DNA of 64,000 bases from Lama guanicoe. Taxonomy: Eukaryota. The DNA is taken from positions 1,544,974 through 1,608,973 of the forward strand of contig MU053379.1 of assembly GCA_013239625.1 (NCBI GenBank). The letters are read 5' to 3'. Every line of letters begins with the position of its first letter. Positions within the stretch are counted from its first letter, which is position 1. The position numbers and the translations under genes were made by a program. Under the pieces are notes generated by a model, which was not told the origin of the DNA, did not search any database, and saw only the letters and a list, made by a program, of their open reading frames with translations. Below, one piece after another: positions 24,237 through 37,367 of this stretch.

Positions 24237-26374
24237 CCGCGCTGGGGCGGCCCAGCAACGCCGTCCGAGGTCACGGTGGGTGGTCACATCAGGCTGTTCA
24301 CAGCCCCCATCACTTCTCGCTGTGGGCGGAATGGAGACAAACCCGTTTGTTATGGGGCTTAGTAAGAGCAAGAGGGCAGTAGCAGAGCGGTTACTTCTGC
24401 CCTCCGTGTCTCTGAGCTGAGAGCCCAGATTAGTAGTTTATCTGGTATCAGCCGTCTCAACACCGCTTCCTCTGTCCTGACTCCTCTGTTGCTTTTTCTA
24501 TGGAAGCAGCTGCCCCCTGCTTCTGGTGTGTCTGCATTTCAAAGCCCACACTGTTCACAGAAGACAGATGACCGTAGCAGAGAACTCCCATGTCTTGACT
24601 GTCCAGCTGGCTTCTGAGCCATCCAGGAAGCAGTGGGAACCTGCCTCCGTGTGGCTCTAAATGGGAAATTAGCAAATGCAACATGATAAAATTGCCCCAA
24701 ATTGGAAGAATTAACGTAAGGATGTGAGGTGGACAGGAGCGAAAACCGTGATCAGGAACAAGGCAGGCGATGAATGGAGGGAGGTGAGAATCCCTGGGGA
24801 CGCGGAGCCCAGGCTCTCTGTCCCCCTGCCCCGCAGACTCCTCTCCTCCAGCCTCCCTGGAGACTGTTTACCACACGCTTCTGCTGGCTTCTTTGCACCA
24901 TCCTCCCAGCCACAGGGCTGGGCGGGCTCGCCAGGGCGTCCATCCCCCTGTGCTCCGGGAGATCCAGCCCAGGCGGTCCTCCAGGAAAGGATGGTGCGAA
25001 CCCGGGCTGACTCGCCACTGGCCATGCCTCCTCTCCTGGATGACATGACCGCTCTTGGAATCCACATCCTGGGTCCATAGGGTGTCCTTAGCGTGAATCC
25101 AAGGACAGGGGAGCGACCTAGGTTGGTGTGTGCCGATAGTGTGTGTTGGATTGGTGAACCTGCAAACTGTCTTTTCCCTCCAGATTTCACAATAATTACA
25201 CATTTATTTCAATCTTTCTTGATTGGCTGTAGGTTTCCTGAAGGCAGAACTGGGTCTCTCTTTTAAGAGGTAACTGGTACAGTCCAGGGCTCTTGGGTCA
25301 TGTGTACATACAATATATACAGTTCAATTAAAACAAACAAACAAACAAACTTGTTTTTAACACCAAGCCTGAGAGGGAGGGCGAGGGGAGGGGGAGGCAG
25401 CCTGTAACCGCGGTCTCCACAGGAGGGGGTGGGACTGGAGGCAAGCAGGGAGGAGTTCTCTTTTCTGTGAGTTTCTGTTCTTGGGAGGTTCTGAACTCAG
25501 TGCCTTTTCAAATTAGAGCTAGACTGCTCTGGAGGCAATCTCTTGTGTGCTAATGGCAATCTTGAGGTGTGCCTGGCTTCTTGGAGATCTGTCTGATTTG
25601 CACTGGTGTGACTATTTAATGCTCTAATGACCCAAATGAAGGATCAGCAGCTGTGCAGAGACACAGGGCTCTGAGCTGCGCTCTACAGAAAGGTCGACTC
25701 CATGCCCGGTCTTCTGGGTGTGGGAGAGACATTCCCCAACTCTTCATCCCACTAGGAACCACCAGGAGATGAGGCATGGAGGACGGTGTCAGATCGCGTC
25801 TCATTCTTTGATGACCAGACCAAGGCAATATGCTCGTTCGGATATTTATATTTCTCCTTTTGTAAATTGTTTATTTATTTGTCCTTTGCTTTTGGGGTTT
25901 TTTAAAATTGATTTTTTGGAAACCTAGGTCTATTTTTATTTCAAAATGTCTCCAAAGTTTTACTTCTCTATTATACAAATGATTCACAACCCAGACATTA
26001 TTCAATAGGCCCTATAGGAAAAATGGATTTCTAAAGGCTCAGTATGTGTTAGTTATTATTTTTGCACCACAGGCTACACCTAATTGGCAGCACCAATTAG
26101 CAGGAAAACTCTTACTAGTCGGATTACCCTTCAGTATTAAAGCTATTAATTGTCTCTCCTCTGTGTGCACATCTTCTTTTCCTGGATCGAAGCTGACTTT
26201 TTAGCTTGGTATGTATGGATTTTTTTGTCCTTCAGAAACCTTAAATTTGATGCAATCAGGCTTATCTTTTCTTTCACAGTTTCTTCTTTTAGTGCACAGA
26301 GGAATCTTCTCTATTCGAGACAGTGAGAATCTCTGCTCATCATCTTGTAGTTTGATCTCTTACATCTAACTCTT

Positions 26375-26640
26375 TTTTAAAATATATTTTTACTATTTTT
26401 AATTGAACTATAGTTGATTTAACAATGTTTCAGGTGTGTAGCAAAGTGGTTCGCTTATAAATATATATATTCTTTTTCAGATGCTTTTCCATTATATGTC
26501 ATTACAAGATATTGAATATTTTGTTGTTTATCTATTTCGTATATAGTAATGTATATCTGCTAATCCCAAATTCCTAATTTGTCTCTCCCCACCTTTCCCA
26601 TTTGGTAACTAAATTTGTCTTCTATGTCTGTGAGTCTATT
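26375..26640 (-). mobile_element. 5'-truncated artiodactyl-type L1 3' end with 19-bp TSD
   Basis: aattgaactatagttgatttaacaatg ... ctgctaatcccaaattcctaattt ... tatgtctgtgagtct. Direct repeat tctcttacatctaactctt at 26356-26374 and 26641-26659. Confidence 0.9.
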
Positions 26641-26964
26641 TCTCTTACATCTAACTCTTGAAGGCAGTTGGAATTTATTCAGGAGTCTGTTATAAAGTAG
26701 GAACATAACTTTGTTTTTAGGGAATGGCATTTAGATACTTCAGTGGGGTCACAGTTCTATACCTCCTGGGCAGGCATCTGGAAAAAGCTGCCCTCAAGCA
26801 CTGTGGCATCTTGAGAGGCTGAATCAGATTCAACTCTGTGCTGCCTGGAGCCTGGGCGTCCTCTGGGCGTGGGGCCCCGGTGGAGAGCCTGCACTTGCTG
26901 CCAGCATGGTGCTGTTGCAGACCGTCTCACCAGACCAAGACCTCAGAGAACAGCTCTAGGCAGA

Positions 26965-27071
26965 ATGACCGCATATTTCTCACCCTCTCAGGGGACACTG
27001 TTAATAACTATGCGGGGACTACAGGCATAAGCCGGGCTTTTCCCAGGTAAACCAGTGTTTCTTTAACCCTG
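26965..27071. mobile_element. MER81-like hAT MITE
   Basis: gggacactgttaataactatgcggggactacaggcataagccgggcttttcccaggtaaacc. Confidence 0.6.
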
Positions 27072-28528
27072 CCTACAGAGGACTGACTCTCTCTCCTCTG
27101 ACGAGCAAGGATGGACATTTCCCCTGCGCAGGGATGGTGGCATTTGGGCAGCTTGTATTACTGGTGCCCGGCTTCTGGGCGAGCAGAAGTTGACTGGCCA
27201 GACTCTGACAAATGAGAATGTATCTTTCCAGGGAGGAAGCAGGAGGAGGAGAGAGTTGAGGAAGAGTCAGTTAGGATGTGTGTTGTCCCGGGCAAAAGGA
27301 GGCTCGGAAGCATCAGCTTCGGAAGGAACGCTGCTCCGGGTTAGTTGCATGGGCGATCAACGGGCAGTTTGATGAACCAGTTTGCACAGCCATGGATCCC
27401 TGCCAGGATAGTAAGAAGACGTTTCCAAGGATAAGAATGGCCTCATCTTTCAGGGAAAAGATGATCTGATTGGTTTTCTAAAAGAGGTGACAGCCATGAT
27501 CTCCCTGCCTCTTGTTTCTCCCTCTCCAGCGCCAGAGCACAGCGGCCCATGAGCAGGGATGGGATCGGCTGCTGCAGGAAATTCAAACAGCATCCAAGCC
27601 AGGTTCCTGCAGGCTTGAAGGGCAACACTCCTGTGTGGCCTTTATTTTTTCTGCAGAAACATCACTGTTGATTGCGTGTGCGTGTCACTGGGCCCCTGCG
27701 GCTTCACTTTATTAAGAGAAGAAGGGGTTGGCAGTGTCTTCACCATGATAGGGTGTAAATGAAAACAGAAACTTGCCCTGGAACAGGCTCTGGCTTTGAA
27801 AGTCAACTGCTTCATCGGGGACAGTTAAAAAACACCCTTCGGATTGAGTCAGAATAAGCAGGACAAGGTTTTCTTTTATGTCCATTGAGTAGGCGGGGGA
27901 GGTGGACACAGAAGTCAGCCGTGTTTCCCCAGCACGTGCTGGCCAGGGTTTACTTACGTCTTCAAAAGGTGTAACTGGAAGGGGAGCGTCCTACAAAGAC
28001 GTGATGACTCTACAGAGACCGAGGGTCTTTCTGGTTTCCTGTGGCTGCTCACAGACCGTTACAACTGTATTTATTTTTTTGACTGATGATAGTTTTACTT
28101 TCTCAAATTTATTTATATTTTATATTTTTATTGAAGTATAATCGATTTACAATGTTGGGTCAGTTTCTGGTATACAGCATAGTGATTCACTTTTACATAC
28201 GTATGTTCTTTCCCATTATAGATTGCTACGAGATATTGAATGTAGTTCCCTGTGCTGTATACTAGGACCTCGTTGTTTATCTATTTTATGTATAGTATTT
28301 AGTACCTGAAAATCCCAAATTCCTAATTTATCTCTCCCTCCTTTTCCCACTGGTAACCATAAGCTTGTTTTCTACATCTGTGAGTCTGTCTCTGTTTTGT
28401 AAATAAGTTCATTTGTATCATTTAAAAATTTTCCACATATAAGTGATATCATATGATTTTTGTCTTTCTCTGTCTGACTTACTTCACTTAATGTGATAAC
28501 CTCCAGGTCCATCCATGTTGCTGCAAGT

Positions 28529-28724
28529 NNNNNNNNNNNNNNNNNNNNNNNNNNNNNNNNNNNNNNNNNNNNNNNNNNNNNNNNNNNNNNNNNNNNNNNN
28601 NNNNNNNNNNNNNNNNNNNNNNNNNNNNNNNNNNNNNNNNNNNNNNNNNNNNNNNNNNNNNNNNNNNNNNNNNNNNNNNNNNNNNNNNNNNNNNNNNNNN
28701 NNNNNNNNNNNNNNNNNNNNNNNN
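28529..28724. other. assembly gap (196 N)
   Basis: Run of n adjacent to a (TA)n tract. Confidence 1.
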
Positions 28725-28829
28725 ATATATATATATATATATATGAAATGTGTGTATATATACATTATTTATATATGTATGTATACACACACACACACAC
28801 ACACACACATACACATACACACACATATA
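28725..28829. repeat. compound (TA)n/(CA)n microsatellite
   Basis: atatatatat ... acacacacacacac. Confidence 0.95.
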
Positions 28830-29637
28830 AACGTCACATCTTTATCCAGTCATCTGTCAGTGGACATTTAGGTGGCTTCCATGTCTTGGCTATTGTAAAT
28901 AGTGCTGCTATGACCATTGGGGTGCAGGTGTCTTTTCAAATTGGCACCCTTCCCTTCCCTCCCCTTCTCTTCCCTTTCCTTCCCTTCCCTTCCCTCCCCA
29001 AAACACTGATCCCAAGAGCCTGCCCTGAAAAGCCTCCTGCAAGCTAATCTTCATGCCAGACTTTGCTTTCCAGGAAACCCAGCTAACAGTGACCTTACCC
29101 ATGACGTTATGTGTCCATCATGACCCTCAGCTGGGCGGGCTCTCTGCTGGGTCCAGACACAGGGGTTTGTCCTGGGCTCAAGGTCTCCGGCTCAAATCGC
29201 CCTTCTGTTTGGTGGGAGTTCTGAGAAGCCTCTGACGTCTGCACACTGCTGCTCTCCTTGGGCTTCCAGGGACCCTGCCAGCTCAGACTCCCAGGGGCGT
29301 CTCTGTCCCACAGCGAGGGAGAGGGTTCTGTTTTCTTTTAAACTGGGGTATAACTCACATGCAGTAAAAGGGCACAGATTTTAATTGCACAGGTTAACGA
29401 ATTTTCACCAACGTTTATGCCCGTGTAACCAACACCCCCATCATGGTAGAAGACGTCTCCCACCCCCAGCATTTTCTCACGCGCTTCTCCTTCACCACCC
29501 ACTCTGGGAAACCCCTCTCCTGCTTTCAACGATCGTGGCTTTGTATGGCCCTGAGCAGTCTCACACAGATAGAATCATATGGCATGTGTTCTTCCGTATC
29601 TGGCTTCTTTCACTTAATGATTTTGAGATTCATTCAC

Positions 29638-29991
29638 TGTCTCAGTCAGTTTGGGCTGCTCTGTAAAAAACACCATAGACTGGGTGCTCAAACAACAGAA
29701 ATTTATTTCTCGTAGTTCTGGAAGCTGGAAATTTGAGATCAGGGTTTGATCAGGGGCCGTCTTCTTGCTGTGTCTGAGGGGTGGAGGGCGAGGGGTGGGG
29801 ACAGCGGGAGGGAGGGGGAGAGGAAGCAATCTCTCTTATGTCTCTTCCAACAAGGGCACTAATCCCACAGTGAGGGCTCCACCCTTATGACCTAATTACC
29901 TCCCAAAAGTCCTGTCTCCAAATACCATCACACCAGCCATTAAGAATTTCAACACAGGGATTTTGGGGGATACAGTCCTTCAGCCCACAAC
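29638..29991 (-). mobile_element. MLT1A-like MaLR LTR nested in an old L1M fragment (~29335-30250)
   Basis: tgtctcagtcagtttgggctgct ... aacaacagaaatttatttctc ... aagggcactaatccca ... atgacctaattacctcccaaa. Confidence 0.85.
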
Positions 29992-31599
29992 GTCCAAGTG
30001 GCTGCACATGTTGTTAGCTCCATCTTTGCATTGCTGAGGAGAATTCCACTGCTGGGATGGACTGTAGTTTATTCACTCTCCTGTTGATGGACATCTGGGC
30101 TGTTTTATTATAAATATTCATGTACAAGTGCTTGTGTGGGCATCTGTCGGCTTTTCTCTTGGTTAACGAGCAGCGGGCTTGGTGGGCTATCGGTAAATGT
30201 ACGTTTAACTTTACAAGACATGGCCAAGCCGTTTTCCAAAATGACTGCCTTTGTTTCCCTTTCCAGGGGGAGGCCGTGGTTCTTTGTCTCTCAATTCATA
30301 ACATTAGGGCAGGTGGGGATGGTGGAGTTTCTCACACTTTTCTACCAAGTCCCTGCAATGTTAGAAGAGTGGAAAAATCATACTTTGGGAACAAGGGGCG
30401 TGGCCTGAAGCAGCCAGCGAGCAGCAGTGGGTCTCAGGCTATGTTCTCAAGGCCCCAGGTCCCCAGCCGCCTTCCACCCCTGCCCCTTCCGCAGCCCGGG
30501 GCGCTCAGGTGAACCTCTGGGGGGTTTGAGCCTGTTTGGTTTTGTTTTGTTTGTCTAGAAACATACCTCTAGTCACCCCTTTGTTGTACAGACTGAGTGG
30601 CAGGGGAGTCGGGGAGCTTCTCTAAAGTGACACAGCTCTCTAACGAAATAGCCAATTGCTGGAACCCTATTTTCTGAAGCAGCAGCCAAGAGAAATGAAA
30701 CTGTGCAGAGCTGGGGCCCCTGGTCACTCCTCCTTGTTCCTCAAGCAGAGGCAGGGAGAGGTTTGGCTGCCGGCCCTCTCCTTTGCCAAGGGGAGTTTCA
30801 GAACATTTCAGACTCCCACCTCTCCCACCTCCCCCATAAAGCCACTGCCGCCAGTTCCTCTGAAAGGAGAAGGGGGCTTTAGTTTTCCAGGCAAATAAAA
30901 TCCCACCTTTCCCTTTAAGCAGCCTCAGGATGCAAGCACAGGAAAGTTACACGGATTAAACCGTTAATACACCATTAATACACCGAAAGGGACGCAGCAA
31001 GTGGCAGCAGCGGTTAGAAACACAAGCATCAAACTGCGGGAAACTGCCCAGAAATAGCGGCCCCCTTCACCCCCAGGTGGGAGACGAGCGTGTATGGAGG
31101 AGAGATGACGGCGGTGCCAGAGACACCTGGCTCTGTGTTCTCCCTGCTGGCAGAGCGAGTGTCTCTTCTTCCCATTTTATGCAAGAGGCTGGCGGGGGTT
31201 GGCAGCCCCAAACCGCGGACAAGCTCGCAGCACAGCAGCGGCACCTGCAGGGCCCCGCCGTGTGCGAGGGGACCCCGGGCTGGCCCGCAGAGGCCCGCCC
31301 CAGACCCCAGCCCTCGGCAGACCCACGTGTGGACGGGGCTTTCACGCCGCGACGTCTCATCTCCAAGCATCTCGTGCTGGTGGAAAAAGACAGCAGATAC
31401 GGATTCTCTTGGTGAGTCTGCTGTGAACTGGGTGCCTCTGGGCGAGTCCTTCCATCGCACTGGAAGTGTTTCCTCATCTATAAAAGAAAAGGTTATTTAC
31501 TCATCCCTTCTTTCTCCCCTGCACACACTTCCTGTGTCTCTGGTACAGGGATGAGCTCTGGGACACAAAGTGAGCAGGCCAGGCCCCTCACCTCAGGGC

Positions 31600-32085
31600 C
31601 GTGTGCGGATTGCATTGACGACCCAGTTCTTCATCCCACCTGTATCGTGTCTACCCTCTTTGCCTTTGATTTTGTGGTCCTTCCCACTAAAGAAGCGGGG
31701 AAAGGGTCTATTTCCCCAGCCCTTGATTTTGGGCTGGGGCATATGACTTGCTTGGGATCATAGAACATGGTGGGCATAACAGTGTGCAAATTCCAAGCCT
31801 TGAGAGGCCTCGGTAGCTTTCCTTCTTGCCTTCTGCTGTTGCCATGAGAAGTACACGCCCAGGTTAGGCCACTGATTCCTGGAGGAGGATGAGAGACGCA
31901 CTGAGCAGAGCCACATCAGCCGAGGCGAACCTCGGCCAGCCGGCCCCCCTGGTTAACACACAGACACAGAAGCAAGCCAAGTCACGCCAAGGCCAGCAAA
32001 GCCCCCAGCCCAGATCAGCCCCTTCCTAGCTGACCTGTCTGTTGCATTACTGTGGCCGTAGCTGGCTGTACAGAGCTCTCAGGCA
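31600..32085 (+). mobile_element. MaLR LTR (MLT1-type)
   Basis: cttcccactaaagaagcggg ... ccttgattttgggctggggcatatgacttgctt ... gccatgagaag ... ggaggaggatgagagac. Confidence 0.7.
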
Positions 32086-32744
32086 CGCAGACATTTCAGT
32101 ATAGTGGGATGAGTACTTGAGAAATGAAATGGTAAGGAGGCGATGCGGGCTGTGTGAGTACAGAACAAGGCGCTTAGGGGACTCGGAGCTGGGCCAAGGG
32201 GGAGCGCAAGCCTGGATAACGAGTGGAATCAGATGGAGGGGAGCGAAGGGAGCTGGACTAGATGAAGCATCAGAAACTGGCTGCTTAAAGTTTGAACTTG
32301 ACTCACAGTTAAGTTTATTTGAACTGCATAGCATTTTGGAATGTTTAGATCAGTTGCCAACATTGAAAAATGGGAAGATTTCTTACTAAAATTCAGATTT
32401 TACTTTTTCTAAAAAACTTGGAAAATCTAGTGACACTAGGTTTCCTGCCTTGTTTGGCAAAACCATCTTGGAGGTGAGCAGTGGGTGCCTCTTTCGAAAG
32501 GGCGTGTCCTCCCCCGTTCACTGCAGTCCCTTGGTCCTCCCGCTTCACTCCCCGTGACGCTTCCTTATCGCGCAGACGCCCGAATCGTCACGTCCTGGAC
32601 CAGATGATCTTCCTGGTCCCTGACGGTTCAGACTCACTCAGCCCCTTGACTCCGGGCAAGGTTGCTTTCCCCCGCAGCTGTATTTTTTACTTCCGAGGTT
32701 TTGAATCAGTCTTTTAGTACGCATCTGTTCTTTTTTGTATCATT

Positions 32745-33548
32745 TTTAAAATTCAAAGGTTAATTTTGAGGTAACTGTAGATTCACCTGCAGTTGTAAGA
32801 AATAATATGCAGAGATCCTGTGTGCCTTTCATCCAGTTTCCCTCAGTGACGACACCTGGCACAATGATGGTCCAGTGTTACATGGGGATCCCGGCAGCGT
32901 GGAGCCCCCCACCCATCTGCTTAGGTTCCCTGACTTTTACTTGTACCCCTTTGTGTGTGTGTCTAGTTCCATGCAGCTTTAGCACACGTGAAGGCTTGTG
33001 TGTCCAGCACCACGGTTACGACACAGAGCATTTTCATCACCACAAAGATCCCTGTGTTGCCCTTTCATACCAATCCCCATTTTTCTCCCATTCCCCCCTT
33101 GCCCCCCCCCCCAGGGAGACAGACTTTGGGGGTCCACCACCCCCCCTTCCCCCCCTGCCCCCCCCCCCCAGTCCTCAACCCCTGGCAAACACTAATCCAT
33201 TCTCCATTTTTGTAATGGAATCACACTGTACATAAGCTTCAGACTGACTTTCTTCACTCAACACAATTTCCTGGAGATTTGCCCAAGTCGACGAGTGTAT
33301 CGGTCGTGCAGCCTTCTTTACTGGAAGGACGATCCACACTTTGGATGCACCACAGTTTGTGCACCTGCTGAAGGACAGTGGGGTGCTTTCTAGCTTTTGG
33401 CCATTATGAATAAAGCTGTTACGAACATCCATGCATAGGTTTTTGTATGAACATAAATTTTCATGTATTTAGCCCAGTTTAGCCCAATACCGGGATAAAC
33501 GCCCAAGAGGACATTTTCTGGAACAGAAGGTGATTGTGTGGTGAGTTT
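32745..33548 (-). mobile_element. old L1M 3' region; resumes at ~36628 after younger insertions
   Basis: gtagattcacctgcagttgtaagaaataatatgcagagatcc ... ttggccattatgaataaagctgttacgaacatcc; continuation tttataagaagctgtcaaagtgttttccag at 36641. Confidence 0.8.
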
Positions 33549-34125
33549 GTTGTTTGTTTGTTTTACTGTTTCTTTTCTTTTTTTTAAATAGACTTTATTA
33601 TTTTAGAGCAGTTTCAGGTTCACAACAGAATTGAGCGGAAAATACAGCGAGTTCGCACATAGCCCTCCCCACCCACACATATCTACTCCCCTCCCTCAAC
33701 GTCCCTCATCTGTGTGGCGTATTTGGTACAATTGATGAACCAACATGGGCACATTATTATCAACCAAAGTCCATCGTTTACATCAGGGTTCACTCTTGCT
33801 GTTGTACATTCTATGGGCTTTGACAAATGCATAATGACATGTAGCCACCACTATACTATCATACAGAATAAATTCACTGCCCTAAAAATCCCTTGTGCTC
33901 CATCGATTCATTCCTGCCTCCCTCCCTCCCTCTCCCCAAGCCCCTGGGAACCATGGTCTTTTTATTGTTTCTGTAGCTGTGCCTTTTCCAGAATGTCATT
34001 TGGTTGGAATCTTACAGTTTGTAGCCTTTTCAGACCAGCTTCTTTCATTTAGTAATATGTCTTTTAAGTCTCTTGCATGTCTTTCATGTCTTGATAGATC
34101 ATTTTTTTTTACTGCACATATATTT
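33549..34125 (-). mobile_element. L1MC1-like 3' end
   Basis: tagactttattattttagagcagtttcaggttcacaacagaattgagcggaaaatacag ... ggttcactcttgctgttgtacattctatgg ... ccttttccagaatgtcat. Confidence 0.85.
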
Positions 34126-36626
34126 TAAAATTTACATATATGTGTTATTTATTGTTTCTAAGAACGTTTAGAGTTTTAGCTTTTTAAACTTACATAGTTA
34201 TCAAAGGAATAAAGCCAACCACAAAAAAAGAATTAACTCAAAAAGATACATACACCCTGCTATTAGCACCAACATTATTTATAATTGCCAAGATATGGAA
34301 GCATCCTAAGTGCACATCAGTAGTCGAATAGATAACGGAGCATATATAGGTAATGGAATACATCTCACCCATAAGAAAGAAGGATATTTTGCCATTTGCA
34401 GCCCTTCATTCACTTGTTTCTTCAGTTCAGAAACCAGAATTTTATTATTGGCAAAGGCATTTCCATTACATCAAAAACAACAAAATACCTAGAAATAAAC
34501 ATAACCAAGGAAGTTACCTATACTCTGAAAACCGAAATGACACAAAGAAATGGAAAGATTTCTTGTGCTCTTGGATTGGAAGAACCAACACTATCAAAAT
34601 GGCCACACTACCCAGAGCAACCCACAGATCCAGCACAACCCCCATCAAAATACCAGAGACATTCCTCGCAGAACTAGAACAGACAATTCCAAAATTTATA
34701 AGGAACCACAAAAGACTCCGAACAGCCAAAGCAGTCTTTTGAAGGTCTCTCTCTCTCTCTCTTTTTTCCTCTTTCTTCTGTTTGTTCTCTTTTCTTATTT
34801 TCTCTTTTCTCTTTCTAGAGAAAGTCCTTTAACATTTGTTGCAGAGCTGGCTTGGTGGTGCGGAAATCTTTTAGCTTTTGTTTATCTGTGAAGATTTTGA
34901 TTTCTCCATCTAGTCTGCTGGATAGATATTCTTGGTTGTAAGTTTCCCCCTTGCATCACTTTATATATGTTGTGCCACTCCCTTCTGGCCTGGAGAGTTT
35001 CTGCTGAGAAAACAGCTGATGACCTTATGGGAGCTCCCTTGTATGTTATTCGTTGCTTTTCTCTTGCTGATTTTAGTATTTTCTCCTTATCCTTAGTTGC
35101 TGTCAATTTGATGACCGTGTGCCTTGGTGTGCTCCTCTCTGGGTTGATCCTGTGTGGAACTCTCTGCGCGTCCAGGACGTGAGTGACTGTTTCCTCACCC
35201 AAGTTGGGGAAGTTTTCAGTGATTATCTCTCCAAAATTTTCTCAGGTCCTTTCTCTCTCTCTTTCTGGGACCCTATAATGTGAGTATTAGAGCGCTTCAT
35301 GTTGTCCCAGAATTCTGTAACTGATCCTCATTTCTTTTCATTCTTTTTTCTTTTTTCTGTTCTGCAGTAGTGATTTCCACTAATCTGTCTGCTGGCTCAC
35401 TGATCCGTTTTTCTGCCTCATTTAGTCTGTTCTTGGTTCCTTCTAGTGTGTTGTTCATTTCAGTGATTTTATTCTTCAACTCTGTTTGGGTGTTCTTTAT
35501 ATTTTCCAACTCTTTGCTAAAAACTTCACTCTGTGAATCTATACTCCTCTTGAGTTCTCTGAACATCTTGGCCATCATTACTTTAAACTCTTTCTCAGAT
35601 AAATTACCTATCTCCTCCTCGCTTATTTCTTCTTCTTCTGGGATTTTATCCTGTGCCTTGGCCTGGGAGATACTCCTTTGCCACCTCGTATTGTCTGTCT
35701 TTCTGTGTGTTTGTGGATTCCTTCCACAGGCTTTGGGGTTGTTGTTTTCTTATTTCTGGTATCTGCCCTGGTGGATGAGGCTGGACTAGAGGTTTAAGCA
35801 GGTTTCCTGGTGGGAGAGCCGGTGCCTGCCCACTGTTGGGTGAAATTCAGTCCTGGACCTCTGGTGGGTGGGCTGTGTCTAGAGGCCTTTGTGGCTCAGG
35901 AGGTCTGCTGATGGGTGGGGCTGTGTTCCCAGCCTGTATGTCGTCTGGCCTGAGGCTTCCCTACAGGCTGTTGGGTGGGGCTTGGTCTTGGTGCTAATGA
36001 TCCAATCAAGATGTCAGCCTCCAGGAAAGCTCATGTAGATGAACACCCCCGGAATGTCCGCCACCAGCTTTTATGTCCCCTGAGTGAGCCGCAGCCATCC
36101 CCCACGTCCCCAGAAGACCCTCCAAATCCAGCAGGCAGGTCTGGCCCAGGTTCCTGTGAAGTCACTGCCTCTGCCCTTGCACCCGGTGCACGTGAGTTTC
36201 CGTGTGCGCTTCCCAAGCGAATGGCGTCTCCGTTTCCCCCAGGCCCGTGAGGCTCCCAGAGCCAAGCCCCCCTGGCCTTCAAAACCGGATGTCCTGGGGT
36301 CTCCTTCTCTCCCCAGTGCCGGGACCCAAGCTGGGGAGCCCGACGTGGGGCTCAGAGCTCTCACTCCTTTGGGGGGCCTCTGCCGCATAACAAATCTTCA
36401 GCTGGTGGGTCGCCCACCCGAGGGGTATGGGGCCCAATTATATCATGAGCACGTCCTTCCTACCGTCCTGCTGCGGTTCCCTCTTTATGTTTCCAGTTGC
36501 ACAAGATCTTTCTTGCTCGGTTCCAGGCTTCTTTCGTTGGTTATTTAGCAGTCAGTTGTGGTTTTGTTGTAGCAGCAAGGAGAGGCGAGCTCGTGGTCCT
36601 GCCACTCTGCCATCTTGACCGGAATC
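34102..36626 (-). mobile_element. ORF1-only chimeric LINE-1 derivative (HAL1-like): 5'UTR, decayed ORF1, antisense ORF2 scraps, polyA
   Basis: 5' end gattccggtCAAGATGGC (YY1 site 36609-36617); ORF1 remnants 35689-34815; no ORF2 in the sense orientation; minus-strand AATAAA at 34148-34153 and A9 at 34102-34110. Confidence 0.7.
34815..35689 (-). pseudogene. decayed LINE-1 ORF1p
   Basis: Start codon reads ACG. Fragments EIGNLSEKEFKVMMAKMF, ELKNKITEMNNTLEG, RSTPRHTVIKL, TYKGAPIRSSAVFSAETLQARREW, MLKDFL*; frameshifted. Confidence 0.88.
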
Positions 36627-37367
36627 AATTGTGTATGAATTTTATAAGAAGCTGTCAAAGTGTTTTCCAGAAAGAATGCATCATTTCACGTTCCCTTGGG
36701 CGGCCCGGCGTCTCCACGTCATTGTCAGCATCTGGTGCTGCCACATTTTTGTTCTAGCCATTCTGGGGGCTTTGCAGTGGTGTCTGCTGTCGGTCTGGTT
36801 TACATTCCCTGACGGCAAGATGTCCAGCAGCTTTGCAGCATCTGCGTTTCAACGTGTGCTTTCATCTGTGTGTCCTCTTTGGTGACCTGTCTGCTTTTAA
36901 GGGAGCAGGTGGCTTCATTCAGCTCCTGGAATCAGACCGGATTGAAGTCCTCCTCCATCTGATAAAAGCCATCACCTCAGGCGGCAGGGGGCTCTTTCTT
37001 TTGCGCAGCCCGCCTGGAAGCCCAACCCTCGCTCCTGGCTTTAACTAGCGAAGCTGGTGTCTTGTGTCAGAACACCTTTGTTCCACCTGGAACACCTTTA
37101 TTCCAGTTATTTGAGCTGGAATGTCCTAAACGGTGCCTGGGAGAGTCCACACTGGAACATCCCCTCCATTCACTGCGGCTCTCTGATTCTTCATTGCACA
37201 GCACCTGAGCCTTTGTTTGCCAGGAGAACATCTATGTCAGCTCAGTCCCATGCTTCTGTGTGTTTCATGGGTTCTGTGCCTGATGGATGTCCTTTGGGTG
37301 ACGGATGGCTGGGTGGAGGATGTTCTGCGTGGAGGGCAGGAGTTAGATTGGGTCCCTCTAGTGGACA

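Larger units (their letters stand above)
28105..28942 (-). mobile_element. artiodactyl-type L1 3' end spanning the assembly gap
   Basis: ttttattgaagtataatcgatttacaatgttg ... gtccatccatgttgctgcaa [gap] ... ccatgtcttggctattgtaaatagtgctgctatg. Confidence 0.88.

Noticed and set aside
28484..29047. ORFs spanning the N run
   Set aside because: Artefacts of the assembly gap and microsatellite.
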